DNA of 64,000 nt, taken from contig NIVC01000590.1 of NCBI GenBank assembly GCA_002269645.1, forward strand, positions 1 to 64,000. The letters are read 5' to 3'. This document shows, one piece after another, positions 12,552 through 27,688 of the stretch (position 1 is its first letter; each line of letters starts with the position of its first letter). The position numbers were made by a program, and so were the translations under genes. The notes under the pieces were generated by a model. It made no database searches, had not been told where the DNA came from, and saw nothing but the letters and a program-made list of their open reading frames with translations. The stretch comes from Macrostomum lignano. Lineage: Eukaryota.

Positions 12552-15500
12552 ATGAATTCAGTCTGGATATCTTTCTGTTTTTCAATAATGCTATTAAATA
12601 ATCTTAAAATCCTGGGCGCCGACGGATTAAGGTTTGAATTTATAAATCTGGCTGAGAGTTTTACCTTTTCTACATACTTTTATGTTAGGGCATTTTTAAG
12701 ATTTTTTTAAATAGTTTGTGACTAAAAAATTAGTTTTTTATCCTTATAATTTTAATAATAGAAATATCTAAACTGTGGATCAATATTTTATCATTACAAG
12801 TTGCTGCTAATATTTATATTTTCTTGTTTGAAATACAATGTCAATTGATTTCTTTTAGATTTTTAGATAGACTTTTAGATATGCTATTTAAAAAATGATT
12901 TTTTTTATATTAAAGGCTTTTAATAATGATTTTTTACTATATTTGAAGGCATTCACATTTGTTCATAACAAATACTCAAATGCATAAATATATAATCTTA
13001 TTTTAGAACCAGCTATTTGCTATATGATGTTAACTATGGAGAAGGATTTAACCTGCGACGTGATGTCTATATTAGATTTGCCAACCTGGTCAGGTATGAG
13101 CTTACTAAGAGCTAATAATCAATTATATTTTTATCATCTGTGCTTTTGATAAAAACTACATTATCTAGAGACTTAATTACTAATTTTAGATTTTTAAACT
13201 TATACCAATCTCAAACTAAGTGGACTCTGGTACTTCCACCCTGGGGACAATTGTACCACTGGTTTAACAATCGCAGCTTGGGCCAGCTGCCTTGGTCAAC
13301 TTTCTTTGATTTACCAAGCCTCAATCTATTCGTGCCTGTGCTGGAGTTCGACCAATTCCAAGCCGGTTTGTTTGCACATAACACAGAATTCAAACATTCT
13401 CAAAAGTAATGCTCAAATTTTAGGAATTCCCAAAAACATTTTTCCAGAAACCAACAGGTCCCCGATCAGCAAAGTATACTACATGGAGAGCCTGCCTTTC
13501 ACTGATGGAAAATGGCTCGAGAGGGTAGAACCGCGGCCTTGCAAAGGAAGACACTCTTATTACTACTCGTCTGTGAGTCGTTCGGTGGCGTGTATAAAAA
13601 ATAATAGCTAAATTGAATTGATTCAAAAGTCATTCAAACTAGAAAACTTTGACGCCGGGACTGGGACGTCTCCTTTTTTAAATTAAATGTAAAAAAAATA
13701 TTTCTGTAAAGACAAAAAATGGATCAATTAGGCCTATTAAAACGACTTTTAAGTTGATTGTAATTATGTAAATTTGCCTCTGAGTCGCTCTGTGGATGTA
13801 GGGAGAAGAACAGGGAACGGCAGCAAGAGACTGCCGGCATTCGGCGGGGGGCATTAGCCCACCATTGATACCATGACAGAGCGAGTATTTTAGTGATTAA
13901 ATTAGCGTTTCTTCTACCCCGTCTACCAACTGAAGACTCACCAGCACTGGTTCGGCTGGATGTACGGCTACGGCGAGCGCCAGCCAATCAGCGAGTTCTC
14001 CTGTCTGGGCGTTCAGGCCGAGGCCAAAACTCTGGTTGACTTCGTGGTCAGCCTGGGCCCCGTCAGGTGAGTGAGTCTAAAGTTGTACTTCTTCTATTTT
14101 AGTCATGTTTTAACTCGACACTCTTGATCAGCAACTAATTTACTGAATCTAACTTCAGTCCCACACCATGAAAGCCTAATCCCACACTATCTTCCACCTA
14201 GCCTCATCCCATACCATCACCCACACAGCCTCATCCCATACGATCTTCCACCCAGCCTCATCCCATACTATCACCCATACACAGCCTCCTCCCACACCAT
14301 CACCCACACACAGCCTCCTCCCACACCATCACCCACACACAGCCTCATCCCACACCATCACCCACACACAGCCTCCTCCCACACCATCACCCACACACAG
14401 CCTCATCCCACACCATCACCCACACACAGCCTCATCCCACACCATCACCGACACACAGCTTCATCCCACACCATCACCTACACATAGCCTCATCCCACAC
14501 CATTTGCCACCCATCCTCATCCCACACCATCTTCACCCAGCCTCATCCCGCACTATTTTCAACTCAGCCTCATCCCACACCATCGTCACCCAGCCTCATC
14601 CCACACCATCTTCCACCCAGCATGATTCCATACTATTCCCCGCGCACAGCTTCATCCCACAAAATTTCTTACCCATATTCATCTCAAACTGAAACATTGA
14701 TTACCCAAGCATTCTCCCTGTTGAATTCAATCTGACAGAAGCGTCATGTTTGACCGTGGCGAGTCAGTAATTCACGGCAGCTACAGCGAGTGGAGTCCCG
14801 AATGGTGGACCGTGAGTGACTGCTTTTTGCAGCTAAGTTCTCAAGGTACGAGTATATATTTAAATTATAAATTATAACATTTGACGGTTCTATAATCTGC
14901 CGTTAGGCCCGACGCAGCATGGTCTTCTCAAAGCGGTTGCGCAAGCTCGCTGCAGAATTTCGCCAGCAATATTTGAGCTCGACAGATGTGGCTGATGGAA
15001 CTGTGCGACCTGCGGACTGGCGGCGGCTGCGGGTGAGACTTGCTGATGAGGCTGTGTGTCGGTGATGGTGTGAGTTGAGGCTGTGTGTGGGTGATGGTGT
15101 GGGTTGAGGCTGTGTGTGGGTGATGGTGTGGGTTGAGGCTGTGTGTCGGTGATGGTGTGAGTTGAGGCTGTGTGTCGATGATGTTGTTGGATGAGGCTGT
15201 GTGTCGGTGATGGTGTGGGTTGAGGCTGTGTGTGGGTGATGGTGTGAGTTGAGGCTGTGTGTGGGTGATGGTGTGGGTTGAGGCTGTGTGTCGGTGATGG
15301 TGTGAGTTGAGGCTGTGTGTCGATGATGTTGTTGGATGAGGCTGTATGTCGGTGATGGTGTGGGTTGAGGCTGTGTGTGGGTGATGGTGTGAGTTGAGGC
15401 TGTGTGTGGGTGATGGTGTGAGTTGAGGCTGTGTGTCGGTGATGGTGTGAGTTGAGGCTGTGTGTCGATGATGTTGTTGGATGAGGCTGTGTGTCGGTGA

Positions 15501-16569
15501 TGGTGTGGGTTGAGGCTGTGTGTGGGTGATGGTGTGAGTTGAGGCTGTGTGTGGGTGATGGTGTGGGTTGAGGCTGTGTGTCGGTGATGGTGTGAGTTGA
15601 GGCTGTGTGTCGATGATGTTGTTGGATGAGGCTGTGTGTCGGTGATGGTGTGGGTTGAGGCTGTGTGTGGGTGATGGTGTGAGTTGAGGCTGTGTATGGG
15701 TGATGGTGTGAGTTGAGGCTGTGTGTCGGTGATGGTGTGAGTTGAGGCTGTGTCGGTGATGGTGTGAGTTGAGGCTGTGTTTCGGTGATGCTGTGGGATG
15801 AGGCTGTGTGTGGATGATAGTTTGGGATGAGGCTGTTTTTGGGTGAGGATGGGGAATGAGGCTGTGTAGGTGATGTTGTGAGATGAGGCTGTGTGTGCGT
15901 GATGGTGTGTGATGTGGCTAGTTGGGAGTTGTTATGGGATAAGCCTGTGGCACGATGGAACAAAATGTGTGACATATCCCTTTGGCACTGGCCCACTGCT
16001 CACTGCATGCACTGAGCGAACACCGCAACCTGCTGTGCAACACCGTCCAGGCAGCGGAAGGCTCGGCCATAGGCGGTCCCTATCTCGCAGCCCACCTGCG
16101 CCGGCTGGACTTTCTGCGAGCCCACCCGGATGCCACACCGTCAATTGGCTCAGCGGCCAGTCAGCTCATCCGTCTGTCCCGGTCGCTGGGCCTGAGCACA
16201 GTGTTCCTAGCCACGGACGATCCCGAGGCGGAGTCGCAGCTAACTGAGCAGTTGCTCAAGGCCGGGGCTGCCGACATCCGGCTTGTTCGATTCGCCAACT
16301 CCGCCGCGGCCGAGTCGCTGACAGACGGCGAGCTGGCCATCCTTGACCAGATTGTCGGCTCGCACGCGCGCCATTTTGTTGGCAGCCGCGCGTCCACCTT
16401 CACCTACCGGCTCGTCGAGGAGCGCTCGCTGTTGGGCTTCGCTCGCTCGTCAAGTATCGGTGTGTTCTGCAAAGGCGTCGAGGACGACTGCGAGCCGGGC
16501 ACTTACTGGGCGCCGCAGTACGAGCCGAGGTTCACCCTGACTGGCGAAAACTCTAGGGAGGAGCTGTGA
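12552..16569 (+). CDS. POFUT2: GDP-fucose protein O-fucosyltransferase 2, complete, 8 coding exons, 438 aa
   Basis: Exons 12552-12631, 13007-13093, 13190-13365, 13448-13572, 13936-14066, 14739-14811, 14907-15032, 16051-16569. All introns are GT-AG, phases are consistent, total 1317 nt. Signal-like N-terminus [20 protein letters not shown]2 motifs: [107 protein letters not shown]. Confidence 0.95.
14190..14620 (+). repeat. 29-bp minisatellite (acagcctcatcccacaccatcacccacac) in POFUT2 intron 5
   Basis: Seen directly. Confidence 0.9.
15041..15905 (-). repeat. Same 29-bp minisatellite family in inverted orientation, in POFUT2 intron 7
   Basis: Unit gaggctgtgtgtgggtgatggtgtgggtt is essentially the reverse complement of the intron-5 unit; ORF 14890..15996 is its translation. 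Confidence 0.9.
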
Positions 16570-16639
16570 ATGGGGGCTGGCAATTGTTTAATAGAGTTTA
16601 CCTGAATAGCATAGTTCGTTTTTTGAAATCGTTGAATTT

Positions 16640-17055
16640 CTAGTGGCGAGATTTTGAGTCACGTGATTTCTAGTGGCAAGATTTCTAGTCACGTGCTTTT
16701 TAGTCCCGTGACTTCTAGTCACGTGATTTCTAGTCACGTGATTTCTAGTCACGTGATTTCTAGTCACGTGATTTCTAGTCACGTGATTTCTAGACACGTG
16801 ATTTCTTGTCACGTGATTTCTAGTGGCGAAATTTCTAGTCACGTGATTTCTAGTCACGTGATTTCTAGTCATGTGATTTCTAGTCACGTGATTTCTAGTC
16901 ACGTGATTTCTAGACACGTGATTTCTTGTCACGTGATTTCTAGTGGCGAAATTTCTAGTCACGTGCTTTCTAGTCCCGTGACTTCTAGTTACGTGATTTC
17001 TAGTCACGTGATTTCTTGTCACGTGATTTCTTGTCACGTGATTTCTTGTCACGTG
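16640..17055. repeat. 15-bp minisatellite (tctagtcacgtgatt) just 3' of the POFUT2 stop
   Basis: Seen directly; most units contain CACGTG. Confidence 0.95.
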
Positions 17056-17921
17056 GTATATAGTCACTTGATATCTAGGGTCACTTTCAGCTTCACATTT
17101 TCAACATTTTTCCTTACATTTTTATAATGCCTATCTTACAGTCTCAGCGAGAGATTGCTCCTATATGAACACTTGCAATCAGCGCCTCCCCCCCCGTTGT
17201 GGAGCCAACAAAGAATGGAATACAAATTTCTGAATAAACTACATGTAGCTCCTTGACATCTCAACAGTTCAAAAAGTAAAAAACAATACTTTTACGAAGC
17301 TTTATGAAATTAAACAACACATTGCAGCTTACTGAAAGTAGTCAGTACAAAAACATTTCCGTATAGGCAGAAATTTATAATTCACCAAAGCGAACGCCGA
17401 AATCGAATCTATGAGAACGATGGTGCTATCGAGTCGCGCTGGTCGGTTTCGAGATTTCACGATTTTTTTGTTTTTTAATTCAATATGCGTTTATTATGTC
17501 ACAGGACACAGAATCTTGTTACATCGGTACAAGTGCTCTTGCCTTTCTTCCGCAATAATGCCTGTTTAGGTCACTACAATATTTATCCACCAGCCCATAA
17601 CTGTCACGCTTTCTAGTTATTTATTGCTCTGGTCGTTCTGTTCAGTGTTTACTGAATTATATTTCAGCCCAGGTTTGTTTACGTTTTTGTTTACATTAGC
17701 TGGTAGTTTAAATAAAGATTTATTTAACACCTTTCGAATTTGTTATTTTTCAGCGTCAGGTCACGCAATTAGTGTTTTTAATTAATGCAGCCGTACACCA
17801 TTGCTGTCTTCAAACTGGACTGTATTTTAGTATTCCTCTAAATATTTCACCGTTCCAAATCTTCAATACATCCACATTAAATGCAAAGAGCAACTCTAAA
17901 TCTCTAAGAGCATCTTCGAAA

Positions 17922-19045
17922 TCCCAAAACAGCAAACTCGAGTCCCAAAACAGCAACTTTAAATACCAAAACAGCAAATTCGAATCCCAAAACAGCAAAT
18001 TTAATTCATAAAACATCAAATTCGAATCCCAAAACAGCAAATTTAATTCATAAAACATCAAATTCGAATCCCAAAACAGCAAATTCGAGTCCCAAAACAG
18101 CAAATTCGAATCCCAAAATAGCAAACTAGAGTCCCGAAACAGCAAATTTAATTCATAAAACAGCAACTTCAATTCATAAAACAGCAACTTCAATTCATAA
18201 AACAGCAAATTCAATTCATAAAACAGCAACTTCAGTTCATAAAACAGCAACTTCAATTCATAAAACAGCAACTTCAGTTCATAAAACAGCAAATTCAATT
18301 CATAAAACAGCAACTTCAATTCATAAAACAGCAAATTCAATTCATAAAACAGCAAATTCAATTCATAAAACAGCAACTTCAGTTCATAAAACAGCAACTT
18401 CAATTCATAAAACAGCAACTTCAGTTCATAAAACAGCAAATTCAATTCATAAAACAGCAACTTCAATTCATAAAACAGCAAATTCAATTCATAAGACAGC
18501 AACTTCAATTCATAAAACAGCAACTTCAATTCATAAAACAGCAACTTCAATTCATAAAACAGCAACTTCAGTTCATAAAACAGCAAATTCAATTCATAAA
18601 ACAGCAACTTCAATTCATAAAACAGCAAATTCAATTCATAAGACAGCAACTTCAATTCATAAAACACCAACTTCAGTTCATAAAACAGCAAATTCAATTC
18701 ATAAAACAGCAACTTCAATTCATAAAACAGCAACTTCAATTCATAAAACAGCAACTTCAATTCATAAAACAGCAAATTCGAGTCCCAAAACAGCAAATTC
18801 AAATCCCAAAACAGCAAATTCGAGTCCCAAAACAGCAACTTCAATTCATAAAACAGCAACTTCAATTCATAAAACAGCAACTTCAATTCATAAAACACCA
18901 ACTTCAGTTCATAAAACAGCAACTTCAATTCATAAAACAGCAACTTCAATTCATAAAACAGCAACTTCAATTCATAAAACAGCAAACTCGAGTCCCAAAA
19001 CAGCAAATTCAAATTCCAAAACAGCAACTTTAAATGCCAAACAAG
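17922..19045. repeat. 21-bp minisatellite (aaacagcaacttcaattcata)
   Basis: Seen directly; ORF 17810..19048 is its translation. Confidence 0.95.
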
Positions 19046-21264
19046 CAACTTGAAATAGCAAAATATTATTGATTAAGTTTATAGGGGCCAATATAAAAGC
19101 TATAACTCAGAAACTAGCTGCGCAATGGTTACAAGCGAGCTCCCCATTGTTAAAGCTACAGTTGCTATAGATCGAAGCTATTTTAGTGTGTGGCGTCTCA
19201 GAACTCGTGCAGTTAGTTGCCTGGTAAGCTAACTACTCATGCCTTGAAGCCAGCACATTGAGCGTATCAAACCGCGACATCTGGCTGCTGTCTGCCGCTG
19301 CTTGTTTCTTTTTTGAAATGCATGCAATTACGTGCATGTTTTGACATTGAAGGCAATAATAATCGAACTATACGAGAGGCTCATTCTCAATGACTTTGGA
19401 AGCAACATAAAGCCAGCTACATGGCGCATTCACAGGCACCATTATTCATTTGCTTGCCGTATTATTTATTTATAGCGAGCGGGGCTGACCGCAGCACAGC
19501 TATAAACCGCATATGTTAATCGTAATAGAGAATAATGCAATTCATAATTGCGTCTTTCTGCACTTCCACTATAGCAGCAATACCATGCGGTTGTACTGAC
19601 AGACAGCAAAGTTATGAGACAGGGCGCCGCTCTGTCTGTAGGAGTTTCCCCTCTGGCACTGGACCGGCTGCCTCTGTGAGGGGGGACTTCATACTCATAG
19701 GATCAAGAGATCCCAAACCGTAGCCACCAACCCCTTCTCCCTGGGATTTATAAAGCCGGTGTAACAGAGCCCAGGTGCGGAATTGGGAGCTGAAGGGCTG
19801 ACAGCAGACATGTGTATGCGGAAGTGAAGAGCCAATTCAAAGGGAGAGAAAAAGCGGGGCCACTCGCCTCTCACTAACTCCGTATTAAGCTGCCTAGTTG
19901 ACACCGTCTGATCTTGTATGAGCCTGAATTGAAGGAATGCCGCCAAGGACTCAGGCACTCAACTCGCTGTATCTGTCACTGAACAACAATCTACTTGGCA
20001 TGGCGCGCGCGGTCCTGCCAATGCAACTCATTTCACACCCTCATTCTTTCGCACTCTCCTCGCCTCTATAGCCATTCTCGTAATGAAGTGCCAACGAATT
20101 TCCAAAACTGCTGTGCGAATGAAGTGTGGACTTCCTCCTGGCCGCCTCTCTATAAGCTGTGGACTACACTGAATGGCTGATTGTGCGTATTACTACTCAC
20201 ATTGTGTCCCCCCCCCATTGCCCTGGTGGTGTTTGTGCGTCCGGCAGGCTAGAGTTGGAGGCGGAGTAGTTGCATTGGAAGATCGGTGGTGCCGGAGCAA
20301 CTAACTGTATACTCGCTGAAGCGCTGCTCTGTCGGCTTAAGAGCGGTATTTATGCAGCCACTACAACTGCTAGAAACTGCAGCGAGATTATTGCTTTCAG
20401 CCGATCAGCTCTATACAAACAGTCTCTATTACCGGTATTTGTTCTATTGTTTCCACAGTCAGTCAGCAGCTGCCCGCGTGCGCGCGTACAGGAAGCCATA
20501 AGCTTATATTTGTATACACTACGTGTCAAACGCAATGCTAAACGCTATAGCATTCGATTTGTCGTAGCGTCCTGTCTGCCTTTTGTTGTTTAGACAGTGT
20601 GCGGCATGCAATTTTGTGCTAGAGCAAACTTCCGCGAAAGCTAGCTACTCAACTTTAGATACTCTAACCCTAGAGAACGAGCTTGAATAAATCTTCCATG
20701 ATTCTTATAGATTTTCAATAATTCTGCAAGATGTTGCAAACTTTTTTTCAATATTTTCAAAAATTAAATTATTCTTCATATTTTGTTATGTGCTTGTTTG
20801 TTATGTGCATATTGTTTGTTATGTGCTTATATGCACAGCGACAGCTAAACCCTCTGCCCCTCTGGCCCAAAATTTTTGCATGCCATCTGTGATTTAGACA
20901 TATGCGAAGGCTGTCAACGCAAAGTACGGCATAAGGCAACTGGGAGGGGGAGTTTTGCACAATGCAATTTACACATTTAAACAGGCCGTTAAAGTCTCTC
21001 CAGTCTCTTCATGTCTACATGTCTTTAGAAATCAGTCAAAACTATGAACATGTCAATCGTGCAGGTTTGGACCATTCACCGCCAAAAACAGAAAATAACA
21101 AAAAACCGTCACAGTCTGCCCGGTCAGCAGGATTGGCCATAGACTATCGGTGTCATTTTTAACCCATTGGGCTGTACGCTACGAGCGTACACTACATGTT
21201 GCATAATAGATAAATTGACCAGCTATAGAAAGAATCGGACGGATAAGAGCGTACTTTAAGTATA

Positions 21265-21415
21265 GAGTTATTCTTGTGGTTATTCTGTGGTCAGCGGTAT
21301 TCTTGTGGTTATTCTGTGTTCAGAGTTATTCTTGTGGTTATTCTGTAAACAGCGTTATTCTTGTGGTTATTCTGTGGTCAGCGTTATTCTTGTGTTTATT
21401 CTGTGGTCAGAGTTT
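21265..21415. repeat. ~29-bp minisatellite (ttattcttgtggttattctgtggtcagcg)
   Basis: About five copies seen directly. Confidence 0.85.
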
Positions 21416-21977
21416 CTGGCCTTACTCGTAGGCCTGTATCACCCAGAGGCCACAAAATAATTATTGGCATTTGACCACGGCTTTTGTCTCTAAGACCAGA
21501 GGTGGCAAACTATTAAAATATATATTTTTTATATTTTTACTTTTTGGACAATTTATGATCGGACTTTGCTGTTCACAAAAATTTAATGGCATCGGAAACC
21601 GACTTTGGCGCCAGTGCACTATGTATGGAGTGGTTGACATAATGTACTCATAGAGTTTAGACAGTGTTCCACGCCATTCCAGAGCCGCTGCTCTCATCTC
21701 TGTAATAACCTGTCTAAATACCGGATATTGTAAATGCTGGCAATTGGGCAATCAGAGAGTCAGCAGTAGACAGTTGATAACTGTTGAAAAAATTGCAATT
21801 TTACCCATCCAACACTCGGCTCTTGTGCCTACGTAACTTTTCTCTGCACTTTGCACCAAATTGAATCGTAGTTATATCTTTTTAGAGCAGAACTGTTATG
21901 ATGACTTCATTCTGTGAGCAAAAGATTGAGTGCATAATAGGTGTATAAATTTCTCGACAGTGCTTTTATTCCTGATA

Positions 21978-22822
21978 GCTCTTGTCCGAGTGCTCAAACT
22001 CTAGACCGAGGGCTCAAACTCTTGACCGAGTGCTCAAACTCTTGTCCGAGTGCTCAAACTCTTGTCCGAGTGCTCAAACTCTTGTCCGAGTGCTCAAACT
22101 CATGTCCGAGTGCTCAAACTCATGTCCGAGTGCTCAAACTCTTGTCCGAGTGCTCAAACTCTTGTCCGAATGCTCAAACTCTTGTCCGAGTGCTCAAACT
22201 CTAGACCGAGGGCTCAAACTCTTGACCGAGTGCTCAAACTCTTGTCCGAGTGCTCAAACTCTTGTCCGAGTGCTCAAACTCTTGTCCGAGTGCTCAAACT
22301 CTTGTCCGAGTGCTCAAACTCTTGACCGAGTCCTCAAACTCTTGACCGAGTGCTCAAACTCTTGTCCGAGTGCTCAAACTCTTGTCCGAGTGCTCAAACT
22401 CTTGTCCGAGTGCTCAAACTCTTGTCCGAGTGCTCAAACTCTTGACCGAATGCTCAAACTCTTGTCCGACTGCTCAAGCTCTTGACCGAATGCTCAAACT
22501 CTTGACCGAGTGCTCAAACTCTTGACCAAATGCTCAAGCTCTTGACCGAGTGCTCAAGCTCTTGACCGTATGCTCAAACTCTTGACCGAGTGCTCAAGCT
22601 CTTGACCGTATGCTCGAACTCTTGTCCGAGTGCTCAAGCTCTTGATCGAATGCTCAAACTCTTGACCGAGTGCTCAAGCTCTTGACCGAGTGCTCAAACC
22701 CTTGACACAGTGCTCAAACCCTTGACACAGTGCTCAAACTCTTGACAGAGTGCTCAAACCCTTGTTGACTGAGTGCTCAAATTCTTGTTGACCGAGTGCT
22801 CAAACTCTTGTTGACCGAGTGC
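21978..22822. repeat. 20-bp minisatellite (cttgtccgagtgctcaaact)
   Basis: Seen directly. Confidence 0.95.
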
Positions 22823-23627
22823 TCCATAAATCACCAAGCCTGCAGCTACTCGTGGTTGTATTGGCAAAGCATATCAACACTCAATTTACTAGACACTGTA
22901 TATATTTTTATTCCCATAAAAGAGGCACCCACACGCTAAGATTTTTCCAATTGACCGATTTATTTGCCATGAAAGCGAGCGAACTGAAATAAACGAAGTG
23001 CTGCCATAAATTCAAGCAAATTTATCTATATTTAACCTTCGGGCTGAGCAGCAGGGATCCTGCGTGAAGCCGCAGTGATTTGGGCTTCCTAGCTGCACGA
23101 AAATTGGGAAATGGGGTTGCCGAGCGATTCACAACCCATGAGGGTCACAGAGAGTGTACATGCCTGACGATTGGAAAGTCAGGGCCGCTGTACACCCTGT
23201 GTGAGCGCTTTGCCTGCGTGCATATCCCCGTGCGTGCTCAGGAGAGGGAATAGTGAAGAGAAAGAAGAGGAAAGAGGAGATGAGAGATGAGAGATAAGAG
23301 AAAAGAAACGAGAGAAGAAGGGAGAGAAGGCACAAGAGAGCTGAGAAGAGAGACCTTGAGCGGGCCGGATCGCCTTCATGAAGCTTCAAAGGACCCGAGG
23401 GCCGGATATAGAGGCTTCAGAGTTTGCCAACCCCTACACAAGATTGACACCCTTGACTTATAATTGCAAGAATTATCGATGAGCATAAAAGATATGGTTT
23501 CAAATGTTTGTTGCATTCGACATGAACAAAACCGACAGGTATTAATTGCGAACATTGACATTGAGTTTGGCATCACTGTCGGCCATTTTTTAGCAGTCAA
23601 CTAAAGATTCTCCTCGCCCATTCAATG

Positions 23628-25251
<1,624 letters not shown>

Positions 25252-25787
25252 AGGGATCTGTGAAATCTGGGAAGACAATATCTATTGATATTTGTGCGAG
25301 AGTCTGGGGAGCTGCACAGAGGTCTGGGAATGGGGATCTAAGGTTACTTTTTTCAATACCGATTTCTTTCAGTGTTTACGTAGGTGTAGGCTACATAGCG
25401 AACCCTAAGTGGGAATTAAGGAAGGAACTCATTGGTCGCGGCTGAGGCTTCCCCAACCAATAGGCGCAGGCCTTGGCAGAAGTTTGTGTTCTTCGCGTTC
25501 AAAAGCATTGTGTTTTTATTTTTAGAGGAATTCCTCCACTGTCGTTTTGAGGCCTACACATTACAGTTGTTATTTTATTCGCTAATTGTCTGCTAATTGT
25601 CTGATGATTTAGCTCGCATAATGGAGCTAAATACGAGAAATGAGAGAGATGAGCAAATTGAATGAGCCTGGTATTATTTAATTGCCAATGCATCTCGTCC
25701 ACAATCGGACAATCTCAGGGTCGATTTATTTTACGAACGAGTGGTTGAGCAAAGTTATAGTATATACAGCAAGATGAGAATAATAAA

Positions 25788-27688
25788 CTAGCAATCTACG
25801 CCCCCCGTTGGGGAGCCAAAGAAATGCAATACACGTTTTTTTAATAAGCTACATGTATCCTTGAAATCTTAAAAAATCTCCTGTCAAACCTTGTAAGCCT
25901 TGACATGTCAGTAATTCCCCCCCCACAAGCTTTAACATATCAACTTCCCCCCTTGACATCTCAGCAATGCCCCCAATAAGCCTTGGAAATCTAAAAATAT
26001 CTGTCAACCTTCTAACCCTAACCCTAGCCTAACCCTAACCCTAACCCTAACCCTAACCCTAACCCTAACCCTAAAGCATTGAAATTTCAGTAATTCTCTC
26101 TAAGAGTCATTATAGCACTACTACAGCATTATAGCGATTCCCTGCAAGCCTCGACATCGTAGGGATTCCCAAATGAATCTCTTAACTTCGACATGAAGCT
26201 TCTTGTAAGCCTTGACATGTCAGCGATGGCCCCCATTAACCTTGAAATCTAAAAAATCCCCTGTTAACCTTGAAACCCGATAAAATATAACCCTCAACCC
26301 AAACCTGACCTAAACCTAACTTTAACCCAACCTAAAGCCTTGAAATCTCAGCAATTCTTCTCCCCTAAGCCTTGACATTTTAGTGATTCCTTCTTTAAGA
26401 ATCACAGCACTATAACGATTTCCACCAAGCTTTGACATCGTAGCAATTCCCAAATGAATCTTTTGACTTCGACATGACTTTTCTTTTATGTATACATAGT
26501 GCTACTTTTATTTTTTACATGACTCTTCTTCTATCAGCGCCCCCCGTGGCGAGCCAACAAAGAATGCAATAAAAAACTGAGTAAAGTACATGAACTTTGA
26601 AGTAGCTTCTGACTTTTGCTTTGACATCTCAGAAACCCCCCCCCCCTCCGTAATCTCAGTTATTCTCTGTGAGCCTTGACGTCTCAGTTTTTCTCCCCAG
26701 CACAGCATTATAGCTGCATTTAATTTTTACATGACACCCTTCATGTCTGACATGACGCTTCTTTTATTCTACCATGATGCTTCTTAATTTTTTAAATGAC
26801 ACTTTCATTAGTTTTTAAATGACGCATCTATGATTTTTATATGACGCTTCTATGATTTTTTACATGACGCTTCCATGATTGTTTACATGACGCTTCTTTG
26901 ATTGTTTATATGACGCTTCTATGATTGTTTACATGACGCTTCTATGATTTTTTAAATGACGCTTCTATGATTTTTTCATGACGTTTCTATGATTTTTACA
27001 TGACGCTTCTATGATTTTTTACATGACGCTTCTATGATTTTTTAAATGAAGCTTCTATGATTGTTTACATGACGCTTCTTTTTAAAAAGTCTTTTAGTTT
27101 TCCTGACGATGAAAAGCTTTAATTAAAAAAATTATACTCTATGAAAATTCGAACCATCGTCGCTGCATTTAGCAGTTCAGTTTGTTCACCTTTAGGCTAG
27201 CTCTCATCGTTTTGATAACATCAAATTTTGCACTTATATAATTCAACACTTTAAAATCCAAGCATAGAGTAAATCACACGAAGCAGTTATGACATAATAA
27301 GTTTCTCAGTCAGTCAGTATCAGTTAACAATATGGTTACGCAATTTAAATCAAGTCTGGTGCTACGCTTCCACTCTGCATTTTCAATTCAAGTCGGAGTT
27401 GCAATTCAGTTATGATGCAATCTATTTCAGAATCAGAATCAACCAGTCAGTTTTTTCTCTAGCATTCTTACAATGCATTTCAAGTCGAAAAGTTTGCTTG
27501 ACCTTTGCAAAAAAGCTTGTTTTTCGAATATTTAATGCCTTTAGCATTTAGCAATTTCTTAGCCAAGATACATGTACTGTCACGGAAAAATTTCTGATCG
27601 AATGGTGCAAGTTTGAACAAAATCGGATGAGCCATTTTTGCTAAAATCGATTGCGCACAAACAAGATCTTCATTTTTAGTATATAGGA
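25788..27688 (-). mobile_element. Non-autonomous Helitron, family A, copy 1
   Basis: On the minus strand it starts TCCTATATACTAAAAATG (27688) and ends with a GC hairpin (GCTCCCCAACGGGGGGC) ~9 nt before terminal CTAG (25791-25788), followed by T. No Rep/helicase ORF. Confidence 0.75.
26012..26074 (-). repeat. Interstitial telomeric repeat (TTAGGG)n inside Helitron A1
   Basis: (CCCTAA)n on the plus strand. Confidence 0.9.

Noticed and set aside
17810-19048. 412-aa LLFYELK ORF; likewise the ORFs at 14890, 16588, 21982, 31551, 53611 and 54982
   Set aside because: Translations of tandem repeats with no unique domain.
19637-19990. Possible solo LTR (TG start, TATA-like TTTATAAA, CA end)
   Set aside because: No target-site duplication or second copy in the window.
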